Origin: Octopus vulgaris
Lineage: Eukaryota
Assembly (NCBI GenBank): GCA_951406725.2
Contig: OX597815.1
Span: 69,626,001 to 69,690,000 of the forward strand
Reading direction: 5' to 3'
DNA: 64,000 nt
Position numbers and translations under genes: made by a program. The notes beneath the pieces are model-generated. The model was not told the DNA's origin and made no database searches. It saw nothing but the letters and a program-made list of their open reading frames with translations. This document shows, piece by piece, positions 26,511 to 38,537 of the stretch; positions within the stretch are counted from its first letter, which is position 1; every line of letters begins with the position of its first letter.

Positions 26511-29500
26511 TTTTTTTTTCTTCTTTCAAATTTGCTTCCATTTCTTGCCGAGTGTCTTCCAGACTCCTAGGGCAAAGAAACTCATAGTATACATTGGTAG
26601 GCCATTAAACCAAACTCAATAGTTCGTTCATCATTTAAAAAATTTTTTTTTAAGTTAAATTAAAATACATGAGCAGCAACAGTTCTCACATCGACAATGC
26701 TCTTCTCAATACGTGTGATGTACCAGTTAAGACAATCTTTTGCACTTCTTGCAGGGATGGTAAGCCAGGGATCATTCTCATATAATTTTCGGTTCCCTTC
26801 TTGATCATTCCTAGTGCTCCTACGATCACTGGTATTGTAACCGCCTTGAGATGCCACATTTTCTCAATTTCAATGAGTAGGTCTTTATATTTTCTGAGCT
26901 TGTCAAACTCTTTCGCTGAGATATTATGATCACAGGGGATGCTCATGTCGATCAATAAGCAAACTTTATTGTTTTGGTCTTTCACAACAATATCTGGTTT
27001 ATTGGCCTTGATGGTTCGGTCTGTATGTACTGGAAAGTCCCACAGAATGGTTACATTTTCTCCTTCAGTTACAGCCTCAGGGTGGTGATTATACCACTTG
27101 TCGGCAGTTTTGATATTGTAATGCCGACTTATTAGCCAGTGGAGATATTGGCCAACTCTGTCATGCCTTAATTTATACTCCACTGGTGCTAAGACTTTAC
27201 ATCCAGAGATTAGGTGGTCCACTGTTTCAATCATGTCGTTGCAGAATCGGCATTTTGGGTCTGCTCCATTTTTCATCACATTGGCCTGGTAGTTCCGGGT
27301 TAATAGGCTTTGATCTTGAGCTGCCAGGATGAAACCTTCGCTCTCTGCTTTTAGCCCTGAGCTCCGTAGCCACTGATGGGTTTGCTTCTGGTCAACATCA
27401 GCTTGTTTGCTGCGGATCACATATTTGCCGTGCAGAGGTTTCTCCTCCCACCTATCAGCCAATTGCTCGTGCGCTTTTTTCATTGCCATCATTTTCACCT
27501 TCTTTGCAACAATAGTTGCCGTACTTCCCTCGGGTTGTTCAGTTTGGGTATCCTGCACGAGATCAATAGCAAATTTTTTGCTTTCCTTTATGATAGAATG
27601 AAGCTTCTTTCGTCTCTCGTGATTTTCCACGAGCTTTAGCATCCAGTCATTCGATATTTCGAGATATTTGGCCAGTCCAATTGTGGTTGTTTTGTAAGCT
27701 AGTTCAAATTGGATCAGGCCTCGACCTCCTTGGGCTCTGGGAAGGTAAAGGCGATCTACGTCTGCCTTTGGGTGGTGCATCCTATTACAACTCAGCAGCT
27801 TGCGTATTTTTCTATCTATATTCTTTACTTCACTCATATTCCAGTTCAACACATTGTAGCTATAAGTAACAACTGGAACTGCTAAGGAATTTATAGCTAA
27901 CACCTTGTTACGTGCATTTAGTTCAGATTTCAGGACTGCACGAACTCTCCTATAACATTCCTTCCTGATTTTCTCTTTCATGCTTGCATGCTGAATACCA
28001 GAGCCTTCATTTATCCCTAAATATTTGTATGTTTGTTCTTGCTCAAGCTCTTTTATGACTGTGTCAACATCTAACACGACTGAATTTGTGGTCTTCACTT
28101 TCCCTTTGGCCTTGGCACACTTCTCAAGTCCAAACTCCATCCCGATGTCATCGCTGAATGCTTTCACGGTGCGCAATAGGCCTTCAAGTTCATTATTGTC
28201 TTTACCATAAAGTTTTAAGTCATCCATATAAAATAGATGGCTTATTTTTTTATTGGCAATTTTATACCCATACCCTGTTCTGTTTAATTCATTTGTAAGG
28301 GGTATTAGGGCTATGCAGAATATTAAAGGTGAAAGTGAGTCACCTTGAAAAATTCCACAGTTGATGTTTATATTTTCTGAGGCAAGTACTCCATTAGAGT
28401 GGTATAATTGGAGATTCGTATTCCACAACGACATATTGTGCTTCAGGAAGTTTGAAATCACAGGGGAAATTTTGAAGATGTCCAGCGATCTCAAGATCCA
28501 TGGATGCGGTATACTGTCGAAGGCCTTTTTATAGTCAATCCATGCGGTGCTGAGATTTCTGCGCTTGTTGTGACAGTTCTCAAGGATCATACGATTGATT
28601 AGCAGTTGATCTTTGCATCCGTAAGAGCCTCGGCGGCACCCTTTTTGTTCAATGGGGAAAATATCGTTCTTCTCCATGAATGCATATGTTTTCTCCGCCA
28701 GGATAGATGTTAGGATTTTATACGTGGTGGATAGACAGGTTATAGGCCGATAGTTTTTTGGAAGGTTGGTTTCGTTATTCTTTGGGAGTAGGTAAGTAAT
28801 GCCACTTGCTAACCATTCAGGTGTTTTCTTTGGGTCTCTCATAATTCCATTGAGCAGCTGAACTAGCTTACCGTGTGCGCATGGGAGCGATGCAAGCCAG
28901 AAATTCGGCACCCTATCTTTACCGGGGGATTTCCAATTATGGACCTTCGTGAGTGCCTTTCTTAGGTCTGCTATTGTGATGTCTTCCCATGCTTGTTGTT
29001 GTAAATTTTGGTAGGATCCTTCAGTTTGTATAATCCAGTCTGCATTTATGTTGTACGTCTTCTTGTCACTCCAAATCCTCTTCCAAAAGTTTTGCACTTC
29101 TTCCATGGGAGGGGGGTATTTAACGGTTACTTTCTCCTTCCCTATTTCTCTGTAGAATTTTTTGGCATTGGATGTGAACAGCTTATTTTGCTTGTAAAAC
29201 GTGTTTCTCGTCTCAAATCTTCGTATTCTTTGGGCTTTTGCTTGGACTTTTTGTTTCAGCGTTTCATTTATTGATATCAGTTCTTCTCTTGGTGAGGATC
29301 CAAATTTTCTCTTCATCTTTCTTCCTGTTCTGGATCTTACATCATTTCCACATATTAGTTCATTTAATATTGATATTTCCCCTCTTATAAATTCAATCTC
29401 TTTTTCAATTTTACTTCTCCAGGTTTGATTTCTTCCCAGGTTTTGTTTTCTTTGTTTTTTCGGGGGCATACAGCTGGTTTCAATTGCCCTAGCAGAAGCG

Positions 29501-30452
29501 TAAATAATTTCATTTAACTCAGTAAAATCAGGTTTTAATTCTCGTATTATTTCATTTGTTACATAGTTGCCAATTTGGATTTGTTTTTTATTTTGGTTTG
29601 TATTTGAGAGTTTATGAAGTGGTTCTCTATCATTCATACTTGTATGTCTTACAACTTCAAGCGTATTCAGGATTTTCTGCCTCATTTCTGCCATAGACTC
29701 TCTGTGTTCTTCAGCAAATGCGAGATCTTCAGTTACTGTTGTTTTTTCGTTTTCCTGGCTATCTTTAACAGGTACAATAGAATTTCTTGTATCTTCAGGC
29801 CTTTGCGTACTTTGGTCAGATGGCAGTCTTTCAATTAAGCCTCGTGGCGGGCTATACTGTTCATCTGATTCTTCATTTCCTTTGTGTCTTATATTTATGT
29901 CATTTTCCGTTGCGTGCTTGATCGCGCTTATTTCACTGTCTGTGAGTCTGTTATTTCTAAGGATGTCCCTCCTCACATTTGCTAATTTGTTCTCGTCCAA
30001 ATAGGGCCTACTGTCTTGATTCCGTGTTCTCCATATACTGTAAGAGTTTGCGGTGTGTCTCTCTTGAGATGGCCTACCTAATGCATAGTAATAAGCGTAT
30101 ATTACTTCTTTATACTCTTCTCGGGTCCATTTGTTCCGCTTACATTTTTCTTTCTGTGGTGGTTGTGGTGGTGAACTTGGAGGGCTCGAGTTGGGGGATT
30201 TCCCGTTCAAGTGACCATCCATGTCCGTATTCGGAGAAGATTCGATCCCAGGCTGGCTCTTCCCTGGGGGACGCGCTTCCAGATTAACCATAGGACAAGC
30301 GATTTGGTATACTGATTTAGTTTTCCTTTTAGTTTCCAAAAACATTTTGGTCCTACGATGTTATCATTTTTTAGCTTTGATTGGCTCGTGGGGAGACGGC
30401 CATCATTGCCGTTACAATTATAATCGTACCATTATAGCAGCCGTAGTCGGCT
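26511..30452 (-). mobile_element. Apparently full-length Dong/R4 element inserted in a (TAA)n microsatellite
   Basis: ORF plus ~105-bp 5' UTR and ~175-bp 3' UTR. On the element strand the 3' end runs into (TAA)n (26335-26510) and the 5' end abuts degenerate TAA repeats (>30452). Confidence 0.9.
26686..30345 (-). CDS. R4/Dong-clade non-LTR retrotransposon single ORF (Myb-like N-terminus, reverse transcriptase, CCHC zinc knuckle, PD-(D/E)xK restriction-like endonuclease)
   Basis: Uninterrupted 1219-aa ORF. Motifs: KWTREEYKEVIYAYYYA (Myb-like), KSPGKD, NYRPITCL, WIDYKKAFDSIPH, GIFQGDSLSP, LFYMDDLKLY, CRFCNDMIETVDHLISGC, RHD, KPDIVV...LIDMSIP...K..KY. Confidence 0.95.
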   Translation of the reverse strand: MFLETKRKTKSVYQIACPMVNLEARPPGKSQPGIESSPNTDMDGHLNGKSPNSSPPSSPPQPPQKEKCKRNKWTREEYKEVIYAYYYALGRPSQERHTANSYSIWRTRNQDSRPYLDENKLANVRRDILRNNRLTDSEISAIKHATENDINIRHKGNEESDEQYSPPRGLIERLPSDQSTQRPEDTRNSIVPVKDSQENEKTTVTEDLAFAEEHRESMAEMRQKILNTLEVVRHTSMNDREPLHKLSNTNQNKKQIQIGNYVTNEIIRELKPDFTELNEIIYASARAIETSCMPPKKQRKQNLGRNQTWRSKIEKEIEFIRGEISILNELICGNDVRSRTGRKMKRKFGSSPREELISINETLKQKVQAKAQRIRRFETRNTFYKQNKLFTSNAKKFYREIGKEKVTVKYPPPMEEVQNFWKRIWSDKKTYNINADWIIQTEGSYQNLQQQAWEDITIADLRKALTKVHNWKSPGKDRVPNFWLASLPCAHGKLVQLLNGIMRDPKKTPEWLASGITYLLPKNNETNLPKNYRPITCLSTTYKILTSILAEKTYAFMEKNDIFPIEQKGCRRGSYGCKDQLLINRMILENCHNKRRNLSTAWIDYKKAFDSIPHPWILRSLDIFKISPVISNFLKHNMSLWNTNLQLYHSNGVLASENININCGIFQGDSLSPLIFCIALIPLTNELNRTGYGYKIANKKISHLFYMDDLKLYGKDNNELEGLLRTVKAFSDDIGMEFGLEKCAKAKGKVKTTNSVVLDVDTVIKELEQEQTYKYLGINEGSGIQHASMKEKIRKECYRRVRAVLKSELNARNKVLAINSLAVPVVTYSYNVLNWNMSEVKNIDRKIRKLLSCNRMHHPKADVDRLYLPRAQGGRGLIQFELAYKTTTIGLAKYLEISNDWMLKLVENHERRKKLHSIIKESKKFAIDLVQDTQTEQPEGSTATIVAKKVKMMAMKKAHEQLADRWEEKPLHGKYVIRSKQADVDQKQTHQWLRSSGLKAESEGFILAAQDQSLLTRNYQANVMKNGADPKCRFCNDMIETVDHLISGCKVLAPVEYKLRHDRVGQYLHWLISRHYNIKTADKWYNHHPEAVTEGENVTILWDFPVHTDRTIKANKPDIVVKDQNNKVCLLIDMSIPCDHNISAKEFDKLRKYKDLLIEIEKMWHLKAVTIPVIVGALGMIKKGTENYMRMIPGLPSLQEVQKIVLTGTSHVLRRALSM

Positions 30453-30948
30453 TATTATTGTTATTATCATCACCATTATTATCACTATCATCATTATCAC
30501 CACCATTACCATCATCATTATCATCATCACCATCACCATCACCACCATCATCATCAATGATATTGTTTTATGTGTAGTCACAGCAGTATCTTATTATTGT
30601 TATTTTTGTTTTTTTATTATTATCACCATCACAGTAGTGTCTGTCTGTCTCGTTGACTGGCTTGGTGGTTGGCTGGCTGACTGTCTTCAACGCCAGAGTT
30701 CTTGCCTGTCAAATAATACTTTCATATTTGGTTAACAATAGAGCCGAGGCGAGTTTTGTGGTGGTTGAACTCTTTGAGTGTGTGTGTGTGTAGATAGATA
30801 GATAGATTATCAGCACTATTACTATCATTATTATCATCATCACCATCATCACCATCACCATCAGTGATTTTTTTTTTTAGGTGGGGTCCTATCGGTCAAA
30901 AAAAGTTCAGATATTTACTACTATTAGGCTTAAGAAAAATTAAGGAAT

Positions 30949-31866
30949 GGCTGTTCTGTATTGTTTGTGAATAGAGAAGTTGTGTTCGACCAGAGAGAAT
31001 TTTAGCATCATCATTTTTTTTTTTTTTTTTTATTTCCATGTGCGTTTGTGTTATTGCAATAAAAAGTGTTTGTATATTTCGTGTAAGGTAATATTGTGGA
31101 GGTTGAAGTTGACCCCTCTAGAGATGTTTGTATGTCCAGTTAGAAGAACAGGTGTGTTTTTACAATAAAAAGTATATGTTTACATTTATATTTGAATATT
31201 CAGGGAGGAAGCAAAGAAAAGTCAGATTTTCATAGAAAGTTTTAGGGTTTTGTAAGTCCACAAAAAGAAAAGCGTGATGTTTTTAGAGAGAAGAAAAAAA
31301 AAAAAAGGATGTTTACAGAGGCAATTGTGGGTATCAAAGTTTTTAAAGCTGGTCGAATGTATGATTGAAAACTGTAGATATGTAAATTTGTAAATCTTCT
31401 TAACTTATTTTGAAGGGCTGTTCTGTATTATTTGTGAATAGAGAAGCTGTGTTCGACCAGAGAGAATCTTAGCATCATTATTTTTTCCATGTGCGTTTGT
31501 GTTATTGCAATAAAAAGTGTTTGTATATTTCGTGCAAGGTAATATTGTGGAGGTTGAAGTTGACCCCTCTAGAGATGTTTGTATGTCCAGTTAGAAGAAC
31601 AGGTGTGATTTGCAATAAAAAGTATATGTTTACATTTATATTTGAATATTCTGGGAGGAAGCAAAGAAAAGTCAGATTTTCATAGAAAGTTTTAGGGTTT
31701 TGCAAGTCCACAAAAAGAAAAGCGTGATGTTTTTAGAGAGAAGAAAAAAAAAAAAAAAAGGTGCTTACAGAGGCAGTTGTGGGTATTAAAGTTTTTAAAG
31801 CCGATCGGATGTATGTTTGAAAGCTGCAGATATGTAAATTTGTAAATTTCTTAACCCACTTTGAAG
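30949..31866. repeat. Direct tandem duplication, ~467-bp unit (30949-31415 and 31416-31866), possibly of a decayed L1-like fragment on the minus strand
   Basis: Both units start ggctgttctgtatt...tgtgaatagagaag and end ...tttgaag; near-identical ORF-track peptides 30980 and 31491. Confidence 0.9.
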
Positions 31867-32050
31867 AGAATTTCAAATACTCACGAGGTATTGTAGATGT
31901 TCCAGTTTTTGAGAGTTATTTTTCCCCCTTTGCTAAACTGGCCCATATTAGTGTTTCTATGGCTTTCGGCCACCGAACTGTCAGAGCAGTGAGGAACACG
32001 TCCAGCCGCTGTCAAGGCTGGCGCTCTTCTTTCTTCTTCTTCTTCTTCTT

Positions 32051-32152
<102 letters not shown>

Positions 32153-32183
32153 CATCATCATCATCATCATCATCATCATTATT

Positions 32184-32252
<69 letters not shown>

Positions 32253-32771
32253 GAGTGAGAGAGCGGCGGATGCCATCAACGTGACACTAGGGTACAATTA
32301 TACGAAGCCCAATATACTCATCATGACTATCTGTCTGATAAGGGTACACCAAGCATATGCATCACAACCACATGTGCACGACATGGTGATCTTATATCAA
32401 GATAATCAGTATATGACCTTGTAGGTGGTGCCCAATTAGAATTTTCTTCAGGTTGAGAAGCCCATCCCACTCAAAACGATTATGTTTCCAGAGGCGAATT
32501 ATTCAAACCCCAAGGAATTCCTCTCAACACATGGCTATGATGCTCCCCTACTACTTCTGCTCGTCATCAGAGATGCACATATCTTCAGCCACCAAGAGAC
32601 ATGCTCAATTGGTTAAGGTCAAACAACTGACAAGCAAATCTTTGGTATTGAGCAGAATATTTAACGTAGCCCATCTTTTATACCAAGACAAAACAATGTA
32701 AATGATAACACTTTCAACCAGTTAAGATCAGAAGCCATGAGAGCCACTGCCTGGTATTGCATCAGAGCAGC
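32253..32771 (-). mobile_element. Non-coding ~520-bp interspersed element in a (TAA)n array (copy 1, internal deletion)
   Basis: Reverse complement aligns end-to-end with 48641-49203 by eye. (ATT)n on both flanks; no ORF, no tRNA head, no TIR seen. Confidence 0.85.
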
Positions 32772-32837
<66 letters not shown>

Positions 32838-32842
32838 CATCA

Positions 32843-32918
<76 letters not shown>

Positions 32919-32920
32919 CA

Positions 32921-33058
<138 letters not shown>

Positions 33059-34124
33059 GGTGAGCTGGCTGAGTCAGATTTGGTTGAGGTTGGCTTTGTC
33101 TTTCATCCTTTCCGGGGTCGATAAAATAAGTACCAGTTGAGCACTGGGGTCGATGTAATCGACTTATCTCCTTCCCCAATATTGTTCGCGTTGTTTAAAA
33201 TTTGAAACTAAAATTAAAGCTGACTGAGATGATTTCATAATCATAATATATGGTTGAATATTGGAATAGCTTTTCTGGATCCAGAGAAAATGGTAAACTC
33301 CACAGCACAACGGTAAATTAATAAACTATTTATCAGTTTTAGATTATTGTAGTTAATCCTTCCAACAATCATTACAATGATTATTTTGCAATGTAGAATG
33401 GTACCAACCCTTGTAGCAACCATTCCAGCTGTATTCATAAATGAAATTCCTACACAAAGGCTCATACACACTGGTGCGCGCACACGCACACACATACATA
33501 TATACAAATATGAACACACTCACACCTCATACATACAAAACACACACAATCTGTTTTATAATGAATTTCAGTCACCCTTTTAAGTAGCGAGAAAAAAAAT
33601 TATTATATTTTATTGAACGAGAAAGAAAACAAAAAAAAAAATTAATATTCTGGGAAAATTAGTTCAGTCACGTGACTATTTGCCGTCATCTTTTTAATGT
33701 AAATTCTAATGTTTGTTCCCACAATTCAATTTCATGTGTTGTGTGTCATTATTTTACACCATCACATAATTTATTCACCGGCAGCTATGAGGCAACTTAC
33801 ACATTTTTCAAAGCATATTATTTTATTTTCATCAGCTTAGGTGTCAGCCATTAGGAATAACACTTTCGATTATACGGGAATAATTTTAAATAACTATTGA
33901 TTTCTTACGTAAGCGCTAAGTGTCAGAATTCAGCGGTTTATGAAGGCGTTCATACCTCTCCTAAGGACGTTAGCAATATCAAGAAAAATATTTTCTATTC
34001 GATGCTTCCGTTATACTTTGATCACCATGTTTGTATCTATGCAAGCTCATACATTACACGTTTTTGAATGTGTGCGTGTGTGTGTATGGTCCTTGTAGCC
34101 TCCTGTCGTGATGAGATTGTATCT

Positions 34125-34346
34125 TATTTTTCATTTGTTTCAGTCATTGAACTGCAGCCATGCTGGGGCACCGCCTTATAAGGGTTTTAGTCGAACAAAT
34201 AGACTAGAGTACTTATTACTTTAGTTTGGTACGTATTCTATCGGTCACTTTTTTCCGTACCGCTAGGTTACAGGGAGGGGACTAAACAAACCGACGCACA
34301 AACAGTGTGTGGGTGAACTAACCGACACAAAGACACACGCATATAC

Positions 34347-34377
<31 letters not shown>

Positions 34378-34429
34378 CATACGTATACGTATGTGTACGC
34401 ATGTGTCTGTGTGTATTTGTGTATGTATG

Positions 34430-34478
<49 letters not shown>

Positions 34479-34630
34479 GACAGGCTTCCACACAGCTTCC
34501 GTCGACCCAGTTCACTCACAAGGCAGTGGTCAGTCCGGGGCTATAGTACCAGAGCTTACGCCAACGAGCCGTACAGTGGGATTGAACCCGAAACTACATT
34601 GTTGCAAATTGGGCTTCTTCACCGCACACC
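34125..34630 (-). mobile_element. SINE family B copy
   Basis: Reverse complement of family B with internal (TA)n. Confidence 0.8.
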
Positions 34631-35342
34631 TAAAGACATCAACCTTATGAGCCACTGAAGCAAAGGCTTCGATGACCATTTAAGATTTTCAGATGTATTT
34701 TAACCCGGTATATGTAATCCACAGGACGTATTTTCCTTGTCACTTCTTCAATATGAAATGTTACTCTGGGAATGTGCAACAAATATGTCTGGACTCTCTC
34801 GTCGCGTCGACAAATGACAGTCCAGGAAGGCATAGCTGGACAGTGTGCAATTACCCTGAGACCACCTTGTGCAGGGTTTAACCTAAAGACTTCCAGTAGC
34901 ATTCTCTACCTGTTCCCGCTGCCTCTTTCCCTGTCGTCAAAGGGCTGATGAAAAGAATCACTTTGCCCATCTTTATATAATCTTACGGTATAAATTACAA
35001 ACATACTTATCTTCATTATCACTTCTTTAACACTTCGTGCAGATACAATAACATACAATACACACATACGTATATATATATATACATATATTCTTTTATT
35101 TGTGTCAGTCATTTGACTGCAGCCATGCTGGAGCACCGCCTCTCTAGTTGAACAAATGACCCCAGGACTTATTCTTTGTAAGCCTAGTACTTACTCTATC
35201 GGTCTCTTTTGCCGAACCGTTAGGTTACAGGGACATAAACACACCAGCATCGGTTGTCAAGCGATGGTATGAGGGAAAACACAGACACACAAACAAACGC
35301 GCGCGCGCGCACACACACACACACACACAGTGTGTGTGTGTG

Positions 35343-35698
35343 TGGGTTCCAGTTGATCCGATCAACGGAGCAGCCTGCTCGTGAAATTAATGTGCAAGTG
35401 GCTGAGCACTCCATAGACACGTGTACTCTTAATGTAGTTCTCGGGGAGATTAAGCGTGACACAGAGTGTGACAAGGCTGAGCCTTTGAAATACATGTACA
35501 ACAGAAAGAGAAAGAAAGAGTGAGTGAAAGTTCTGGTGAAAGAATACAGCAGGGTTCACCACCATCCCCTGACGGAGCCTCGTGGAGATTTGAGTGTTTT
35601 CGCTCAATAAACACTCATAACGCCCGGTCTGGTAATCGAAACCGCGATCCTACGACCGCGAGTCCGCTGCCCTAATCACTGGGCCATTGCGCCTCCAC
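35343..35698 (-). mobile_element. tRNA-derived SINE nested inside a family B SINE
   Basis: Minus-strand head gtggaggcgcaatggcccagtgattagggcagcggactc...ggtttcgattacc. Family B halves flank it at 35092-35340 and 35705-35805. Related copy at 4810-5067(-). Confidence 0.8.
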
Positions 35699-35809
35699 TA
35701 TATTTGGTAGTTTCCGTCTACCAAATCCACTGACAAGCTGACAAGGCTTAGTGCCACGGAGTGGTACTGAATTCGGAACCATGTGGTTGGTAAGCAAGCT
35801 ACATACGAC

Positions 35810-35840
<31 letters not shown>

Positions 35841-35963
35841 TGTGTATATCATCGAAGGATATTAATTTCGAGAAAACCGAAAAGACCAAAAAAACCAATG
35901 CTTTACGAAAAGAGTCCCTGAGATAGCTGTTCAACACTCAGTTACAAACACTCTCTTGTCGCT

Positions 35964-36205
35964 TTCGCCATCATGTATATAATAACCCCCAATTATTTGC
36001 CCGTTGTTAGAAAACTGCTACTACCGACGCTATACTCCACTTTCGTTGCTCATGCTGATAAGCCACTTATTTAAGATTTGTATATTATAGATATTCGCCA
36101 TCATGTATGCAGTAACCAAATGACTGGCCCGTTGTTGGAAACCTGCAACAACCGACGTTATTCTTCACTTTCCTTGATAATGCTGATAAGCCACTTACTG
36201 AAGAT
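35964..36205. repeat. Diverged ~130-bp tandem duplication
   Basis: ttcgccatcatgtat...gcccgttgtt...ccgacg...atgctgataagccactta twice. Confidence 0.8.
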
Positions 36206-38537
36206 AAGTTCGCTATAATTCTTCTATATTCGCTTCTTAATGGCTATTTTCTGTGTAATGACTTATTTTTTCCTTTCAAATTTTATTATCTCCTACTGTT
36301 TGTAACTTTTTCTTTCATCTCCGTTGCTATTTTGATCATTCCGTTGTTGTATCTAGTGCATAATAGCTCTACTAATGACATTTTTAATTTCTCCCGTAAC
36401 CTTTCAACTTTTTTCTTGATACAAATGAAATTTGTTTGTGTTGATTTACAATTTAAAACAATTTCTTTGTCTTGTATTTGAAGAAAAAAACAAAAATCAA
36501 GTCCATTAGCGGTGGATGTTTTGTAGTCGAATTCTATTCGTACTAGGCCTCTTTCTATCATCTTTTTTTAATTTTTTTTTATTTTTATATACAATTGGTG
36601 TAAGTTCCTTTTCAGAATGCTTGACCTCTAGACTCGAAGCAATCTTCTGCTGTTATAATCTATTTTTAAAAATTACATTTAGCCTCCAGTTAAGGAATAA
36701 TATTACACGCAGTTGCATACAATTAATGATGTAACTATGGTTTTTGTGAAGGCGTATGGCCTAGAAGCTAGTATTACACTTACGGTCGCAAGATCGAGGT
36801 TTCGATCCCGGTGCGGTCGGTGGGTTGTATTCTTGTGCAAAACACTTCATTTCACATTGCTCCAGTTCACTAAGCTGTAAATGAGTTCCAGCAATACGTG
36901 GGAGTTTACTCTGACAGACTGACATCCTATTCAGGGGGAGTGGTGTAATCTCAATTAGTTATACACCATGGAACCACTTTAATCTCCGGTCTCGTGAATC
37001 CTGGGACACATGGCACACCTAAGTAAGTACTAAGGTGTTCGCGGATTCATCTTTGTTTTTGCTGTTTGTTTGCATTAATTTTATCTTCTAATTTTAAGTT
37101 CACTCATTGAATATAGAGGTTGATTTAATCGACAAAGCCCTCCCCAAATTTAGATATCTTTTAGTCAGGAGGGAAGGCAGTACTCATGACCCTTTACAGG
37201 ACCTCCGAAACTGGAGAGGGGGTGGGATGAGGGTATTCCTCAAACCAGAGACCTGGCCCAAATGTTTACAATGAAGTGGGCTGTGCTAAAGACAACAAAG
37301 CTGTAAGGTGGAAGCACTAGATCGTGGTAGGATTTGAAGCCAGAACACAGCGAGGCGAAGCAAATACTGCAAGGTATCTTAAGTTCCACTAATCTACCGT
37401 TCTCAACTGGATCCCCGAAGGAATGAAGGATAAATTGATCTCGGGTTTGTTTGAACTCAGACTGTAGAGAATCGGAACAAATATGAATCCTTTATATGCT
37501 CTAACGACTTTTCCGATTCACTTTAAACGCAAGTTTAAATCATTGTTATTTTTGTTCAAAATAAAGTTAGGTGAAAGCGTATGGCCTTGTGGTTAGGGGT
37601 GTTGCATTCACGGTAGCAAGATTGTGGTTTCGTTTCCCAGACGGGGCTGTGCGTTGCATTCTTAAGCAAAACATTTCATTTCACATTCCACCAGTCCACT
37701 CACCTATAAATAAGTAACCCTACGACAGACTGGTGATCCCTTTCAGGGAGAATGTTGTGATCTCGGTCAATTGTATGTCATGGAAACCGGGTAACTGGGC
37801 TTATGGGTCTTAAACCTCAAGATAGTAATGTCCAGAAGACTTACTTTACAATTTTAAAAGCTTGTCAGAAGCTGAAGGGTAATGTCCTTGGCCTTTGCAG
37901 ACCCTCCTGCACTGCTAAGATGGATGCAGTTTATGTTCAGTTTGAACATTTGTTGCTCGTTGTTTGTTGGATAAACATCCAGTTCTAGATCGTTGCATTT
38001 CTTGAAAAGAGAAGAACAACTGAATCCTCAACATCGTCTTTATGTTAGAAGTAACAATTGCCTAAAGTACTACAGAGTGGGATTGAACCCCATACTACAT
38101 AGTAACGAGGCGAACTCTTTAATCACACAACTATAGTGGCAGATATATCGTAGTGGTGGTGATGGTGATAGTGGATTGTCAGAATTGTGAAAGCGTCGGG
38201 CAAAATGTCTTGCAGTGTTTAGCTACGGCGCTTTACTTCCCAAGTTCAAATCCCATCAAGCTAAACTTAGTCTTTCATCCATCCGGGGTCGATAAAATAA
38301 GGACCAGTTAAGTACCGGGGTTGTTGTAATAAACTAATCTCGTTCCTCGATTATTTCTGGCTTTGTACCAAAACTAGAAACAATTATTTAGGTCGATGGA
38401 TTGGCACAAAAGTTAAAGCGTTGGAAAAAAAGAAGAAAAAAAATCGCTTTGTCGTATTCGTTCTGGCTCTCTTTGCTCTGAGTTCAAATTCCGCTGAAGT
38501 CGACTTTGCTTTTCATACTTCAGGAATTGATAAAATA

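Noticed and set aside
26686-30345. R2 element in 28S rDNA, or a bacterial retron/group II intron RT
   Set aside because: No rDNA flanks and no N-terminal C2H2 fingers; the domain order and TAA target fit R4/Dong.
30346-30452. HDV-like ribozyme in the 5' UTR of the full-length Dong
   Set aside because: An L3-like tccccac is present, but I could not build P1, P2 and P4 consistently by eye; needs a descriptor search.
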